Shown here one piece after another: positions 10,432-20,329 of a stretch of 64,000 bases of DNA. Within the stretch, counting starts at the first letter, position 1. Each line of letters starts with the position of its first letter. Location of the stretch: IMG/VR virus record IMGVR_UViG_2511231035_000001, positions 4,513 to 68,512 of that record; one strand, 5' to 3'. This stretch comes from a virus. Its lineage: Duplodnaviria; Caudoviricetes. The notes under the pieces are model-generated. The model ran no database searches. It was not told the DNA's origin and saw only the letters and a list, made by a program, of their open reading frames with translations. The translations under genes and the position numbers were made by a program.

Positions 10432-10832
10432 TCTGCGGTTTCCTGCGAGATGCCCAGCTTTAGTGCCTGATTAAGAAGGCGGGTGTGCACCGGCCCATAG
10501 ATTTCGGAAACGATTGATTCGTCTTCGTCACTGAAAACACGGTCCCCGTTCTCATCGAGAAGAACATCAATGAGCATCACAACATCGGCGCTTTTATTGC
10601 GGAGAAATGTTTCCTGCGGCGTAAGCTTGGGCTCTGTTTCACCCTCCGCCAGTTCTGGTGACATGATCTCGCGAAAGCGCATCCACGCTTCGCCGGATGG
10701 CTCACGCAGCATCACTTTGGCGTCATCCCATTCAGGCACGGTGATTACTTTTGAGCGAAACCCTGACGATGGAGCAAGCGCCAGAGCGCGTAGTGAAGCC
10801 GGTGATGCGGTGTTTTTTTTGGGATTGGACAT
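10422..10832 (-). CDS. Tail assembly chaperone G
   Basis: Between major tail and tape measure genes; VPEWDDAKVMLREPS motif. Confidence 0.88.
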   Translation of the reverse strand: MSNPKKNTASPASLRALALAPSSGFRSKVITVPEWDDAKVMLREPSGEAWMRFREIMSPELAEGETEPKLTPQETFLRNKSADVVMLIDVLLDENGDRVFSDEDESIVSEIYGPVHTRLLNQALKLGISQETAEAK

Positions 10833-10899
10833 TTCATAATCTCGGTAAGCGGGTTATTGCTGCGTTGTTGCAGATAGAAAGAAAAGCGGCCGAAGCCGC

Positions 10900-11370
10900 T
10901 TATGAACCTGAAGCAATGATGCTTTTTGGCTTACCCCGCACGCGAAGCGAGTAAGTGGCACCAACGACTGCAGATGTCGCCGCAGACCACGAGCTCTGGC
11001 GAACTTCAACCAGCACATAGAAACCGTTGCCGGAAGCGAAAATGACTCGCAGCGCGCGCAGCTCATCGTTTTCATAGGCAGTTTGCAGTGCCTGCTGAGC
11101 CTCTTCATCGCCAACCCAGTTACGTGTGATGCTCATCTCTGCAGGAGCGGCGAGACCGTTGGTTTGTTCCTGCTCGGTAGAGCAGAGAGTGGTAACGTCA
11201 ATGTCACCTTTCTGACCACCTGTGTAGCTGATCTCTTTTGTGGCACAGGCGGCTTCCAGCCAGCTAACGCTGGCAGTAGGAAAGGCTGATGCCGCAAAGT
11301 CTTCGGCAGTCACTGGCGCGGCAGAGACGGCAAAAGTCATCCCCTTCGTTACTTCGTATTTGCTGCTCAT
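10900..11370 (-). CDS. Major tail tube protein
   Basis: IDVTTLCSTEQEQTNGL motif and position. Confidence 0.9.
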   Translation of the reverse strand: MSSKYEVTKGMTFAVSAAPVTAEDFAASAFPTASVSWLEAACATKEISYTGGQKGDIDVTTLCSTEQEQTNGLAAPAEMSITRNWVGDEEAQQALQTAYENDELRALRVIFASGNGFYVLVEVRQSSWSAATSAVVGATYSLRVRGKPKSIIASGS

Positions 11371-11425
11371 GTTTTCTCCAGGCGTAAAAAAACCGGCTTA
11401 AGCCGGTCGTGATTGATGGGGTTGG

Positions 11426-11773
11426 TTATTGCTGGCTCTGAATTTCCAGCGTGGCGCGGTATAAGCCGGTGTCCGGCTCGTAGCCGTTTCTCTTTCGCAT
11501 CTGAGTGAATTTCAGGGGAGACAAATATTCAACAGCCTGTTCCCGAATGCTTCTGGCCTCATCAGTTGTTAATGCATAGACATCAACCTGCAGATTGCCG
11601 TCTTCTTCCGCCGGTCCGCATAAAGTATCGCCAAATGTTTCGCTGACGATCGTGAATACCACCCAGGGCGGTTTTACCGAGGGCTCACCCTCTGCATTGA
11701 GCGGGGCCACGTACGGATAAACCTGACCACCAGCGAGCCCGCCTATTAGCGGGTAGATGTCGGACTCGGTCAT
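11426..11773 (-). CDS. Tail terminator / completion protein
   Basis: LQVDVYA and YEPDTGLYRATLE motifs. Confidence 0.82.
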   Translation of the reverse strand: MTESDIYPLIGGLAGGQVYPYVAPLNAEGEPSVKPPWVVFTIVSETFGDTLCGPAEEDGNLQVDVYALTTDEARSIREQAVEYLSPLKFTQMRKRNGYEPDTGLYRATLEIQSQQ

Positions 11774-12237
11774 TTGCTTAGCACCCCATCTATCGCTTTA
11801 AGCATTTCGGCAAACGCCGCTGCAGTTGCTTCCTCCTGCTTGCTGTCATATGCCGGACGGACAAACGGTCTGGCTGGCATCTTAGAGGTGCCTTGTTCAA
11901 TAAAGCGCCAGTAAAATGCGTTATTTGGGGAGTTCGCTTTCGTTTTAGTGTCGCTGTTTCCCGTTCTTGGGTTAACGCCGCGGATATGAACCCCAGCCAC
12001 AGCGGTGCCCTGGGCACCTTTACCGAACAAAACCACAATGTTCCGCTTAAGCTTTCCGGTTTGTTCTGGTGCGTTATTTTCAACTTCATCAGCCAGAACC
12101 TCAGCGCCAGCCCTGACTGATTGTCGCAGCACCTGACGGTTTTCCGCTTTACTCAGTAATTCAAGATCACGCGTCAGGTCAGCTAGCCCGGAGAAATCAA
12201 GATTCGTGGTAATCAATTTTCCACCCCCAGCCTGCAT
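11770..12237 (-). CDS. HK97 gp10-family neck protein (true start may be a few codons in)
   Basis: FYWRFIEQGTSKMPARPFVRPA motif. Confidence 0.88.
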   Translation of the reverse strand: MQAGGGKLITTNLDFSGLADLTRDLELLSKAENRQVLRQSVRAGAEVLADEVENNAPEQTGKLKRNIVVLFGKGAQGTAVAGVHIRGVNPRTGNSDTKTKANSPNNAFYWRFIEQGTSKMPARPFVRPAYDSKQEEATAAAFAEMLKAIDGVLSK

Positions 12238-12551
12238 AAGATTTCAAGCTGACTGGTTCTCGCGTCAGGAATTGGCTCGCCGTTAACTTCCAGCACCTTA
12301 CCCTTAAATGGACCCGTGATGCAGACCAGCCGCGATGCTGCTGTGACATCCGTTCGAAAACGAATCCAGACCCTGATCGTAGCTTCCGGTTTTTCAGCGC
12401 CAGCTGACATCAGCTCACGACCGCTTATCCCTCTGACTTCTGCCCAAACCGTCATGCCATCAACCCATACTTTGTCTGGCTGGCCTGAAGGCAGGCGGCT
12501 GGATGAGAAGTTCTGGATTTTGACTTTATGGCGTAAGCGTCCAGCCTGCAT
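12213..12551 (-). CDS. Head closure protein (head-tail adaptor)
   Basis: MQAGRLRHKV and TVWAEVRGISGRE motifs. Confidence 0.9.
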   Translation of the reverse strand: MQAGRLRHKVKIQNFSSSRLPSGQPDKVWVDGMTVWAEVRGISGRELMSAGAEKPEATIRVWIRFRTDVTAASRLVCITGPFKGKVLEVNGEPIPDARTSQLEILCRLGVEN

Positions 12552-12562
12552 GCTCCCCCTCC

Positions 12563-12910
12563 TTAAAGTCCATAAATGCGATGTGGTTGAAGAAGCGCTT
12601 CCACTGCTAGAGGCACTTCGCTTGCGTTGACGCCAACACTCACGGCTTCACGATTAGCAAACCAGTGCCCAATCAGCAGAAGCATTGCCGTCCTGACATC
12701 GTCATCCAGCAACAGTCTGTCTTCATCAGTTTCGAACCCGGGATCGGCATTTGTCTCGTACAGCTTTCTGCGGGTCCACGTTTCCACGTAACGCTTCGCG
12801 GCACCGATATAGATGCTCAGCAAAGAATCTTCACTGGTGTCATCTTCATCGATACGGCAGTGCGCCCTGACAGTAATTAACTCAATCATCGCCATTGCTG
12901 ACACCATCAA
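12563..12910 (-). CDS. Head-tail connector (HK97 gp6-like)
   Basis: HCRID and AMLLLIGHWFANREAV motifs. Confidence 0.92.
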   Translation of the reverse strand: MMVSAMAMIELITVRAHCRIDEDDTSEDSLLSIYIGAAKRYVETWTRRKLYETNADPGFETDEDRLLLDDDVRTAMLLLIGHWFANREAVSVGVNASEVPLAVEALLQPHRIYGL

Positions 12911-12939
12911 AGGCGGCCCGAAGGCCGCTGGGTTACTGA

Positions 12940-14148
12940 TTAGCTGCCTGAACCGGTCAGAGAGCCAAACACGAACGCTTCAGGGCGGTAAACCGCCAGC
13001 GCGAGTCGCTCTTCGCAACGAATCGAAATCATGTTCTTTTCGAAGTCGTCGGCGTTTTCGGTAGAGATAACAACGTTGGCGTCTTCACGATCAAACAACT
13101 GAGCACCGGAGTTAAACGCACCAGTCAGGAACTTGCCGAGGAACTGAGTCGCTTCGGTAGCAACAACTGGCAGTCCCCAAAGTGTTGGAGTGGTCAGCTG
13201 AGCCGGGTTAGCCAGAATGTAACGGCCCAGCTCATCTTTGGTCAGTTCAATGCGCGCCCAGTCAGTGAAGTGCAGAACATGACCAGATGCCGGGAAACGA
13301 GCCAGCTGAGCCTGAAGCATTGCCAGACGTAGCACGTCAATACCAGTTTGCTTTTCAACGGCGAATGCCGGATTGAAAGCGACTGCCTGCGGGATGATAC
13401 CTTTCAGGTGCGCACCGGTACCGTCACCAAACAGAATCTCCTGCTCTTCCACATATTTCAGACCGTAACGCATCTCTGCATCAACGGTTGATTGAAGCTG
13501 AGCAAAATCATCCAGAATCTGTTTGGACGCTTTGAACATGTGGGCGATGGTGCGAACAGGTGTGGTTTCTTCAGCGAATTCGATCTCACTGTAAGGTTTG
13601 GTCGTATTTTCAGCCACAACACTGGCGTTATTGGTAAAACCAGTCTGTTTTACATAGTAAATCGTGTTCGACTGGGTGCGGCCAGGTGCAATCAGGTCGC
13701 GAATAAACAGGCGCTGTTTTGGCGTCTGATCAATACCCGGCAGGCGCGTGGGAGGGATAATCTGGCCGGGTACATCAACGCTGGTCAATTCAGCCTTGAC
13801 CGGAATGCTCATGCGCTTGCCGCCTTCCATGCTGGAGCGAATATCTTTCATTACTTCGGCTGAAACCAACTGCTGGCCAACGGACTGAATAATGTCCTTA
13901 GCAGCGTTGATATTCATACCGGCAACATGTTGCTCCAGATCACCCATTGAAGACTGAATGGTTTTCATGGCCTCGTTAAGCGCGTTGTGTTCGGTAGCAA
14001 TCTTATCGACGGCCGCTTTAGTTTCAACAGACAGCTGACCAGAGTTTTGTGCCTCTTTGAGTGCATCTTCAGCCTTTTTACTGAAGTCAGCGGATACCTT
14101 TTCAAGCTTGGTTGACACATTCTTCAGGAGCTCATTTACATCAGACAT
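12940..14148 (-). CDS. HK97-fold major capsid protein
   Basis: N-terminal coiled delta domain; C-terminal FEKNMISIRCEERLALAVYRPEAF. Confidence 0.95.
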   Translation of the reverse strand: MSDVNELLKNVSTKLEKVSADFSKKAEDALKEAQNSGQLSVETKAAVDKIATEHNALNEAMKTIQSSMGDLEQHVAGMNINAAKDIIQSVGQQLVSAEVMKDIRSSMEGGKRMSIPVKAELTSVDVPGQIIPPTRLPGIDQTPKQRLFIRDLIAPGRTQSNTIYYVKQTGFTNNASVVAENTTKPYSEIEFAEETTPVRTIAHMFKASKQILDDFAQLQSTVDAEMRYGLKYVEEQEILFGDGTGAHLKGIIPQAVAFNPAFAVEKQTGIDVLRLAMLQAQLARFPASGHVLHFTDWARIELTKDELGRYILANPAQLTTPTLWGLPVVATEATQFLGKFLTGAFNSGAQLFDREDANVVISTENADDFEKNMISIRCEERLALAVYRPEAFVFGSLTGSGS

Positions 14149-14157
14149 TTTTTTTCC

Positions 14158-15009
14158 TTATTCGCCGAGCGAAGCCAGCGCAGATTTGAGGGAGTTGATA
14201 ACTTCAGGATTTACTTCATCGACAGCGCCCGGCTTGTCGTCTTTTTCGGGGGTAGCGCCCGGCATACCTCCCAAAGCTTTCAGGTGCTTCCGGCGTTCAG
14301 AACGGGGCATTCCACCCTTTGCCAGAAAAGCATCAATTTTGCGTATCGCTGCCGCAGGACTCTCTTCATCGCTGGTCAGTTCATCCGACGAAAGCAGAGC
14401 ATCAGCGAGACCTTTCTCAATCGAGTCACTGCCACCAATAAAGGACTCTTTGTCCATCAGTGACTGCACATCAGAAACAGACATCCCTGACCGCGCGGCG
14501 TAAATGTCAGCCATGGCCTTATCAAAAGGCTCCAGATAGTCCGCATATTCACGGAAATCATTTCGGTTTCCAGCGGCAACAATCCAGGCGTTATGAATCA
14601 TCAGGAAAGCACCGCGGCCAATCTGGACCTCATCACCGGCCATCGCAATAATTGACGCCGCTGATGCCGCCAGACCCAGCACCTTCACCGTGACTTTTCC
14701 TTCGTATTCACGCAGAAGGTTATAAATGGCAAGGCCTTCAAACATGTCACCGCCAGGCGAGTTGATATGCACCGTCACATCCCCGCCACCCAGAGAGCGG
14801 AGAGCGGCGGAAATGCGGTTAGCACTGACGCCATCACCCCACCAGTCTTCACCGATCACATCAAAAATGGTGATGGTGTTTTCACCTGACTGTGAAGCGG
14901 CACGAATGCTGCCATCCCAGCGCTCAATCGCTGCGGCGGGTAAATCACGTTTTCCGGACGCAAAAAGCCGCCCCTCCGGCGCTGCCGGAAGGTTTTTCAA
15001 CTTCTTCAT
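14158..15009 (-). CDS. ClpP-like (S14) prohead protease
   Basis: INSPGGD, AASAASII and FLMIHNAW motifs. Confidence 0.95.
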   Translation of the reverse strand: MKKLKNLPAAPEGRLFASGKRDLPAAAIERWDGSIRAASQSGENTITIFDVIGEDWWGDGVSANRISAALRSLGGGDVTVHINSPGGDMFEGLAIYNLLREYEGKVTVKVLGLAASAASIIAMAGDEVQIGRGAFLMIHNAWIVAAGNRNDFREYADYLEPFDKAMADIYAARSGMSVSDVQSLMDKESFIGGSDSIEKGLADALLSSDELTSDEESPAAAIRKIDAFLAKGGMPRSERRKHLKALGGMPGATPEKDDKPGAVDEVNPEVINSLKSALASLGE

Positions 15010-15017
15010 TGTTTCTC

Positions 15018-16322
15018 CTAAGCCGCCCGTTTAAGCGGTGACTGTTCCGGTGGGATGTCCGGGAAAAGGAAAGCGTGGAGCTTCATTATATTGCTGGCCT
15101 GCGCACCAATATTGTCCGTGCCAAGCTGGTTTAGTGGCGTCAGGTTCAGCTGCACCGTGTAAATATCGCCACCATCAATTGGAGGCAGGTTTTCAAGGCG
15201 ACGAACGTCATTCCGTGACATCCAGCCATTTTGCAGAGCACTGGTGTAATAGGCGGATCGACCTGCGCTGTCAGCACGAAGCAGGCCTTCAACAGAAAAT
15301 TCGGCAAACACATCGTCATCACCGTCCAGCAGACAACGCGCTATCTCCTGCTCAATATTTACTAGCATCGGTCGGAGTGTATGAGTAAGAAACTGCATAT
15401 TCATACCTTCAAGGCTTGATGCCCAGCTGCTTTGCTTGTCAGCGTGACCAACCATAAATGGAGGTACACGATAAAAGCGGCAGATTTCTTCAATGCTAAA
15501 AGATCGGCTTTCCAGCATCTGGGCATCTTCAGGATTCATTGTGACACCCTGATACTTCATGCCCCCTTCCAGCACCATCAGCTTTCCGGCATTTTTAGAA
15601 CCAGTAAATCTGGCGAGGTAACTGCGAAGCCGCTCGCGCTGCCCCTCATCCAGAGACTGTTCAGCAGAAAGAAATCCGGAGGACTGCAGGCCGTTTTCAA
15701 ATATTTTTGCAGCTGATTGTTCAACGGACATTGCTGAGCCAATAACATCCCGGCCAGTCATCATCGGCATCAGCCCGCATACCCCGTCAAGACCAAAACC
15801 ACGAATGTGCATTAAGTTCTTTACTGGAATAACGCGCTTAGTTTTTCCATCTGTATAAGTGTATTCCAGCGAACCGCTATCAAGGCGCTTTACAACCATG
15901 TTTTGCGGCAACAACGGAATTAACGAGACAAGTTTTTGACCAATAAATTTCTTTTCTACGAATGCGTTTCCACGCAAGCAAATACTGGCAACCACCATCA
16001 ACATAAACCGCGATGGCGTCATTTCGGCATTAGGACGGCGGCACAAAACAGCATATGCCGGATGATTCTTTGCAGGTTTTCGTGATCCATCTTCCTGACG
16101 TTCATATATTTTCAATGGGAGGGTTGATACAGACTCACTAAGAAGTCGAACGCACGCCCATACAGCTGAGAGTCGCATGGCTTTATCGGCTGTTACTACC
16201 TGACCGCTACTGCTGGTACCAAACCATTCTTCCCAAAATGTTCCTGTAGTCAGTCCGATTGGTACGCCCAACCAGTTCAGCAAGGCGCTTTTCACTTTGC
16301 CGGGCTGTTTATTCGCTTTCAT
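15018..16322 (-). CDS. HK97-family portal protein
   Basis: SAVWACVRLLSES, HIRGFGLDG, EEICRFYRVPP. Confidence 0.96.
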   Translation of the reverse strand: MKANKQPGKVKSALLNWLGVPIGLTTGTFWEEWFGTSSSGQVVTADKAMRLSAVWACVRLLSESVSTLPLKIYERQEDGSRKPAKNHPAYAVLCRRPNAEMTPSRFMLMVVASICLRGNAFVEKKFIGQKLVSLIPLLPQNMVVKRLDSGSLEYTYTDGKTKRVIPVKNLMHIRGFGLDGVCGLMPMMTGRDVIGSAMSVEQSAAKIFENGLQSSGFLSAEQSLDEGQRERLRSYLARFTGSKNAGKLMVLEGGMKYQGVTMNPEDAQMLESRSFSIEEICRFYRVPPFMVGHADKQSSWASSLEGMNMQFLTHTLRPMLVNIEQEIARCLLDGDDDVFAEFSVEGLLRADSAGRSAYYTSALQNGWMSRNDVRRLENLPPIDGGDIYTVQLNLTPLNQLGTDNIGAQASNIMKLHAFLFPDIPPEQSPLKRAA

Positions 16323-18052
16323 CAGACACCTATCATAATTGGGTTTGCTAAGAATCCTGTCAGGTCCAGCCCATCATTTCCGCCATTGACCAGCATTCGG
16401 CTTTTCGCTGTAAACAGCGCTACCGGCCCGTCAATTTTGTTTTCAGGCGTGGACTTATTCGGGAATATGTTGTCGTTTTTGTCTGGCTTAACCGTGACGT
16501 TAGACATCATCCAGGTCATCACCGGATTGCCATCGTGATGAATTTTGCTGCCATAGACTTCGGCCTGAACTGACTTCATGGCCTCTGACAGGTTTTTAAC
16601 CGTCTGTGCAACCTCAACAAGCGGTAACCCCTCTTCAGCAAGCGCCAAGCTGAATTGCGTTGCGCTCCAGGGGTCGAAAGCAATCTCCTTCAGGTTTTCA
16701 CCTTTAACCCACTCAACGATTTCAGCTTTGATAAAGCCATGGTCAATCACATCACCATCGGTCAGCTCCAGATACCCGGCGTCCGCCCATTTGCGGTACA
16801 GCTCTGCAATATGGTTGGGTGCGGTATCAATACGCCCTTCAGGAAGCCAGAATCGCGGCTCGCTATGCGTTTTTCCCGTTGGGTCACGCCAGACTTTTAC
16901 AGCAGCACAGATATCGATTTTGTTCGCTAAATCAACGCCCACCCAGAGAGGCCAGCTTTTGAGCTCTTCTGCAGCTGCAATACCTGCCATTTTTGACCAG
17001 CGGTCCATATCCATCCAAGCACTTTCAGCCGTCACCCAGATGTTCAGATGCTTAGTGAAAAAGTTTGGCCGCGCGGCAACCTGCTCTCTGGCTTTTTTCG
17101 CCAGACGGCGCATGTCGTCCCAGCGCTTGCAGACGCCGAGTCCGGGGTTAGCTTTAGGCCAGTTGGCCTCATCAAAGGGGTCGTCTTCTTCATCAAGGGT
17201 ATAGATGACCGCAAAGTAAGTATCATCATCTACGACACCGCGTAACACTTTGATGGCGTAATCACGCTGTTCAAAGCAGATGCCTTCTTTGTTAGTTCCC
17301 GCCGTGGTAATAGCAAACAGCAGGGACTGAAGACGCGCACCGGTTGCGGTCTCAAGTACGTCCCAGACGTCACGTGTTCGGTGAGCATGCAGCTCATCGA
17401 CTATCCCGCAGTGAATATTCAGGCCGTCGAGGTTATTCGCGTCACTGGAAAGTGGCTCAAATTTTGATGCGGACCTTTCCTGATGAATATTCAGTTTTAC
17501 GTGACCAAACAATCGTCCAAGCGTACGTGGTGCCTTCTTAATCATGTTTTTTGCATCATCAAAAACGATACGGGCCTGATCGCGAGTGGTAGCCGCTGAA
17601 TAAACCTCTGCGCCACCTTCACCATCAGCGCCGGTCATATACAGCCCGATACCAGATGACACGGTCGATTTGGCGTTTTTACGTGCCACCTCGTTATAAG
17701 CTGTACGGAACCGGCGAACCATAACCGGATCGCCTTCGTCATCCAGAACCTGTTCACCGCTCATCTCATCGATTAACGGAATGATGAAGCCAAAGAGGTT
17801 TATCAGAATAAAGATGTGCCAGGGCATCAGCTCAATCGGCTTGCCAGCCAGCGCACCTTTTACGTGCGGAACAAAGTTATAAAAGTCGAGAATGTGCTGA
17901 GCGCGGTCCTCACTGAAGTAGATACCGCGTTTCGGTCCGTGCTCTAAATCATTAAGGAATCGCTGACACGCTAGGCGTACCAGTTCGCCAGCAACGATCT
18001 CGCCAGCCAGCACGCTTTCTGCGTACTGAATCCCAGCCTGAACAGTTGCCAT
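16322..18052 (-). CDS. terL: Terminase large subunit (cos-type siphovirus)
   Basis: Walker A VARKNAKST, Walker B GIVDELH, C-terminal KIDGPVA. Confidence 0.96.
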   Translation of the reverse strand: MATVQAGIQYAESVLAGEIVAGELVRLACQRFLNDLEHGPKRGIYFSEDRAQHILDFYNFVPHVKGALAGKPIELMPWHIFILINLFGFIIPLIDEMSGEQVLDDEGDPVMVRRFRTAYNEVARKNAKSTVSSGIGLYMTGADGEGGAEVYSAATTRDQARIVFDDAKNMIKKAPRTLGRLFGHVKLNIHQERSASKFEPLSSDANNLDGLNIHCGIVDELHAHRTRDVWDVLETATGARLQSLLFAITTAGTNKEGICFEQRDYAIKVLRGVVDDDTYFAVIYTLDEEDDPFDEANWPKANPGLGVCKRWDDMRRLAKKAREQVAARPNFFTKHLNIWVTAESAWMDMDRWSKMAGIAAAEELKSWPLWVGVDLANKIDICAAVKVWRDPTGKTHSEPRFWLPEGRIDTAPNHIAELYRKWADAGYLELTDGDVIDHGFIKAEIVEWVKGENLKEIAFDPWSATQFSLALAEEGLPLVEVAQTVKNLSEAMKSVQAEVYGSKIHHDGNPVMTWMMSNVTVKPDKNDNIFPNKSTPENKIDGPVALFTAKSRMLVNGGNDGLDLTGFLANPIMIGV

Positions 18053-18055
18053 TCA

Positions 18056-18553
18056 TCATTTGCGCTTTTTAAGAAATTCATCCAGAGGATCGACTTCAGC
18101 AGGGCCTTTGGCACCGACTTTAGTGCGGCTGGCTGGCGTCATGCCAAATTCACCGAGCATTGACCTGATGCGCTTCCACGCATCGGCCTTCATAACTGCG
18201 GCGGGGTGAGGTTTGATCATCCTGATTTTTCTTTCCTTTCCTTCATCAGGTTCTTCTTCGCTATATACCGCGTAGGTGTAGCCTTCACGGTCGAGCGTTT
18301 CGCAGTGGTGTCGGTACTCGGTGTAAGATTCAACCAGCAACTCAAGCGCTCTTGCATCAAGTTGGGTGATCACTCCGATTGCATCTAACTCATCTGCAAT
18401 GCGTTTAAACCAGTACTTGCCCTGCTTATCAAAATGCTTAGGAATTGGGGGAACCCCTGAAGGGGGTTTTGGCTCATTTTTATTTAAAGCCCGTTTTGAT
18501 GGGTTACCCTTCACCAAAGCTAGGTGTGTCGGGGTTTTCGGTGGTCCTGGCAT
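18056..18553 (-). CDS. terS: P27-family terminase small subunit
   Basis: PKTPTHLALVKGNPSKR start; FGMTPASR. Confidence 0.93.
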   Translation of the reverse strand: MPGPPKTPTHLALVKGNPSKRALNKNEPKPPSGVPPIPKHFDKQGKYWFKRIADELDAIGVITQLDARALELLVESYTEYRHHCETLDREGYTYAVYSEEEPDEGKERKIRMIKPHPAAVMKADAWKRIRSMLGEFGMTPASRTKVGAKGPAEVDPLDEFLKKRK

Positions 18554-18599
18554 AATCGAAAACTCCTATTAATCGTTGCTTGGGGTAACCCAAAAAAAA

Positions 18600-18690
18600 G
18601 TTTTCTAACCTGCGGCGGTGTGAAAAAAACCTAGGCGGCGGTCCTTTGGGGCCAAACCCCTGAACTTTTGACCCACCCCACCCCTCAAAT
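18600..18690 (-). other. Probable cos region (candidate core near GGACCGCCGCCT, 18633-18644)
   Basis: Between HNH and terS, with G-run, GC-rich core and T-run as in HNH/P27-type cos phages; cut site not determined. Confidence 0.55.
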
Positions 18691-18704
18691 GATAATGATT
18701 ATCA
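18690..18704. promoter_or_regulatory. Fur-type box 1, TGATAATGATTATCA
   Basis: Perfect 7-1-7 inverted repeat matching the Fur consensus. Confidence 0.6.
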
Positions 18705-18740
18705 TTTACTGGTAGATAGTTGCATATGCAAGTATTTTTA

Positions 18741-18755
18741 TGAGAATGATTATCA
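18741..18755. promoter_or_regulatory. Fur-type box 2, TGAGAATGATTATCA
   Basis: One mismatch to the 7-1-7 consensus; overlaps the HNH stop codon. Confidence 0.55.
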
Positions 18756-19103
18756 TTTAATTCTTTCGCGGGCTGTTTTGCTCTTGTGGCATGGCCAGCA
18801 CAGGGCCTCAAGGTTCGAATCATCATCGGTACCCCCATGAGCCTTAGCTTTGATATGGTCAACAGTCTTTGCAGCTGAAGCGCGAGAATTTCTCATGCAT
18901 TGCTGACAGAGATGTTTGTCTCGCTTCAGTATTCTTGCACGCCTGATATCCCATTCACTGCCATAACCACGCTGATGGCGGCTCTGTCCATTCTGGTGCT
19001 GCTGCCAACCTTCATTGAGGTGATCGGCACAGTATCCAGAACGGTCGGTTGTTGTCTTAGCGCAGCCATGCTTACGGCACGCTCTTGGCACCCTTGATGG
19101 CAT
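18753..19103 (-). CDS. HNH endonuclease (terminase-associated, HK97 gp74-like)
   Basis: CQQC...VDHIKAKAHGG...NLEALCWPCH; next to terS. Confidence 0.93.
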   Translation of the reverse strand: MPSRVPRACRKHGCAKTTTDRSGYCADHLNEGWQQHQNGQSRHQRGYGSEWDIRRARILKRDKHLCQQCMRNSRASAAKTVDHIKAKAHGGTDDDSNLEALCWPCHKSKTARERIK

Positions 19104-19105
19104 AG

Positions 19106-19300
19106 TTAAACCTGAATCCGAATGGGATTTTCAACCTGTTCATTCTTCAAAATGAACGTTGGAACGATTATTGGAAGGTTAACGCCATTCGATTCAATGG
19201 TTGTACTAGCCTGCTGTTCAAGCAGTTCACCGTCTACGGCTATGCCGTATCCCTTAAATAAATCGCCTTTATAAATCTTGGCGAGCTGTATTTTCTTCAT
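19106..19300 (-). CDS. Small hypothetical protein (MKKIQLAK...)
   Basis: ATG overlaps the stop of the upstream glycosyltransferase. Confidence 0.6.
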   Translation of the reverse strand: MKKIQLAKIYKGDLFKGYGIAVDGELLEQQASTTIESNGVNLPIIVPTFILKNEQVENPIRIQV

Positions 19301-19887
19301 TGCGCAATTCTCCACGCCTTGCGGCGTTCAGTTCTTGGCGAGTTGTCGGGGTGGCGCTCAACGGTTGCTATATCAGCATGGTCCACGAGTGAATAGCATG
19401 GGTATACCACTGCACCACCATATGCATCACCAACGGCATAGTCAGCAGGTGAACCATGATTCCAGCGGCTTAACACTTGCTGTAGTTTGTGTCGTGGCAC
19501 GCTATAACACACGCCATGAATAAGCCGGTTCATTGTGATGTAATCAGCTTGCCGCTTGTCGGCATCTATTAGCTTTGTGGCTATCTCAAGCTGATACTGC
19601 GGAGGCCTACCGGTCCCAAGATAAAAGCTAATAAGGTCATCAGGGAACCGCTCCAGCCATCCAGCAACCTTCTCGGTAAAGCCAGGCACCAGCAGTGCAT
19701 CATCTTCCAAAATAACCACCCTGCAATCCTGCTCACTTACCCACTCTAAAGCACGGCGGTGATTCCAGTTCGCGCCATGCTGGCCTTCATCAATCAGCAG
19801 CTGAGCACGTAGTGACCACGCCAATTGTTCTGCCTGATACCGGCGCGTGTTATGGCCGACAACTACAAATTTGGTTTCTATGGACAT
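19297..19887 (-). CDS. Putative GT-A-fold glycosyltransferase
   Basis: VVILEDDALL motif; LVDH C-terminal His motif; no TM segment. Confidence 0.7.
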   Translation of the reverse strand: MSIETKFVVVGHNTRRYQAEQLAWSLRAQLLIDEGQHGANWNHRRALEWVSEQDCRVVILEDDALLVPGFTEKVAGWLERFPDDLISFYLGTGRPPQYQLEIATKLIDADKRQADYITMNRLIHGVCYSVPRHKLQQVLSRWNHGSPADYAVGDAYGGAVVYPCYSLVDHADIATVERHPDNSPRTERRKAWRIAQ

Positions 19888-20030
19888 GACGTACCTTGAA
19901 CCACTGATCTAATATCAGGATTTTGCTGATTTACTGATAAGGATATGTTGAGTATTCAGCCCGTCCATGTTTGGCGCATAGACGCACACATCAATGAGGG
20001 ATGGCTGATTACCTCTGAAAAGGAAATCCA

Positions 20031-20294
20031 ATGTCGTTTTTGCATGACAGAAATCATTTAGAGAAAGGAACTGTTGTTTCAGTTTGGTGCTCACATCAGA
20101 TAAATGTACTGGTTATGGATGATGTAAATTTCAATAAGTACAGGAGAGGCGATCGATGCACCACCTATGGTGGGTTCTATAAGCAGTTCCCGGCCAACAT
20201 CCAAGTTCCATCAACTGGCGCTTGGAACGTTGTTCTTGCATTACCACCGGGTCACTCAGCGCAGATTCGCCAATCAATCAAGTACATCACCTGA
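20031..20294 (+). CDS. DUF1883-like small protein (moron)
   Basis: NVLVMDDVNFNKY...PANIQVPSTGAWNVVL pattern recalled for DUF1883. Confidence 0.7.
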   Translation: MSFLHDRNHLEKGTVVSVWCSHQINVLVMDDVNFNKYRRGDRCTTYGGFYKQFPANIQVPSTGAWNVVLALPPGHSAQIRQSIKYIT

Positions 20295-20329
20295 TTCAAT
20301 ATTAATTTTAAGGGGCTTGTAAAAGCCCC

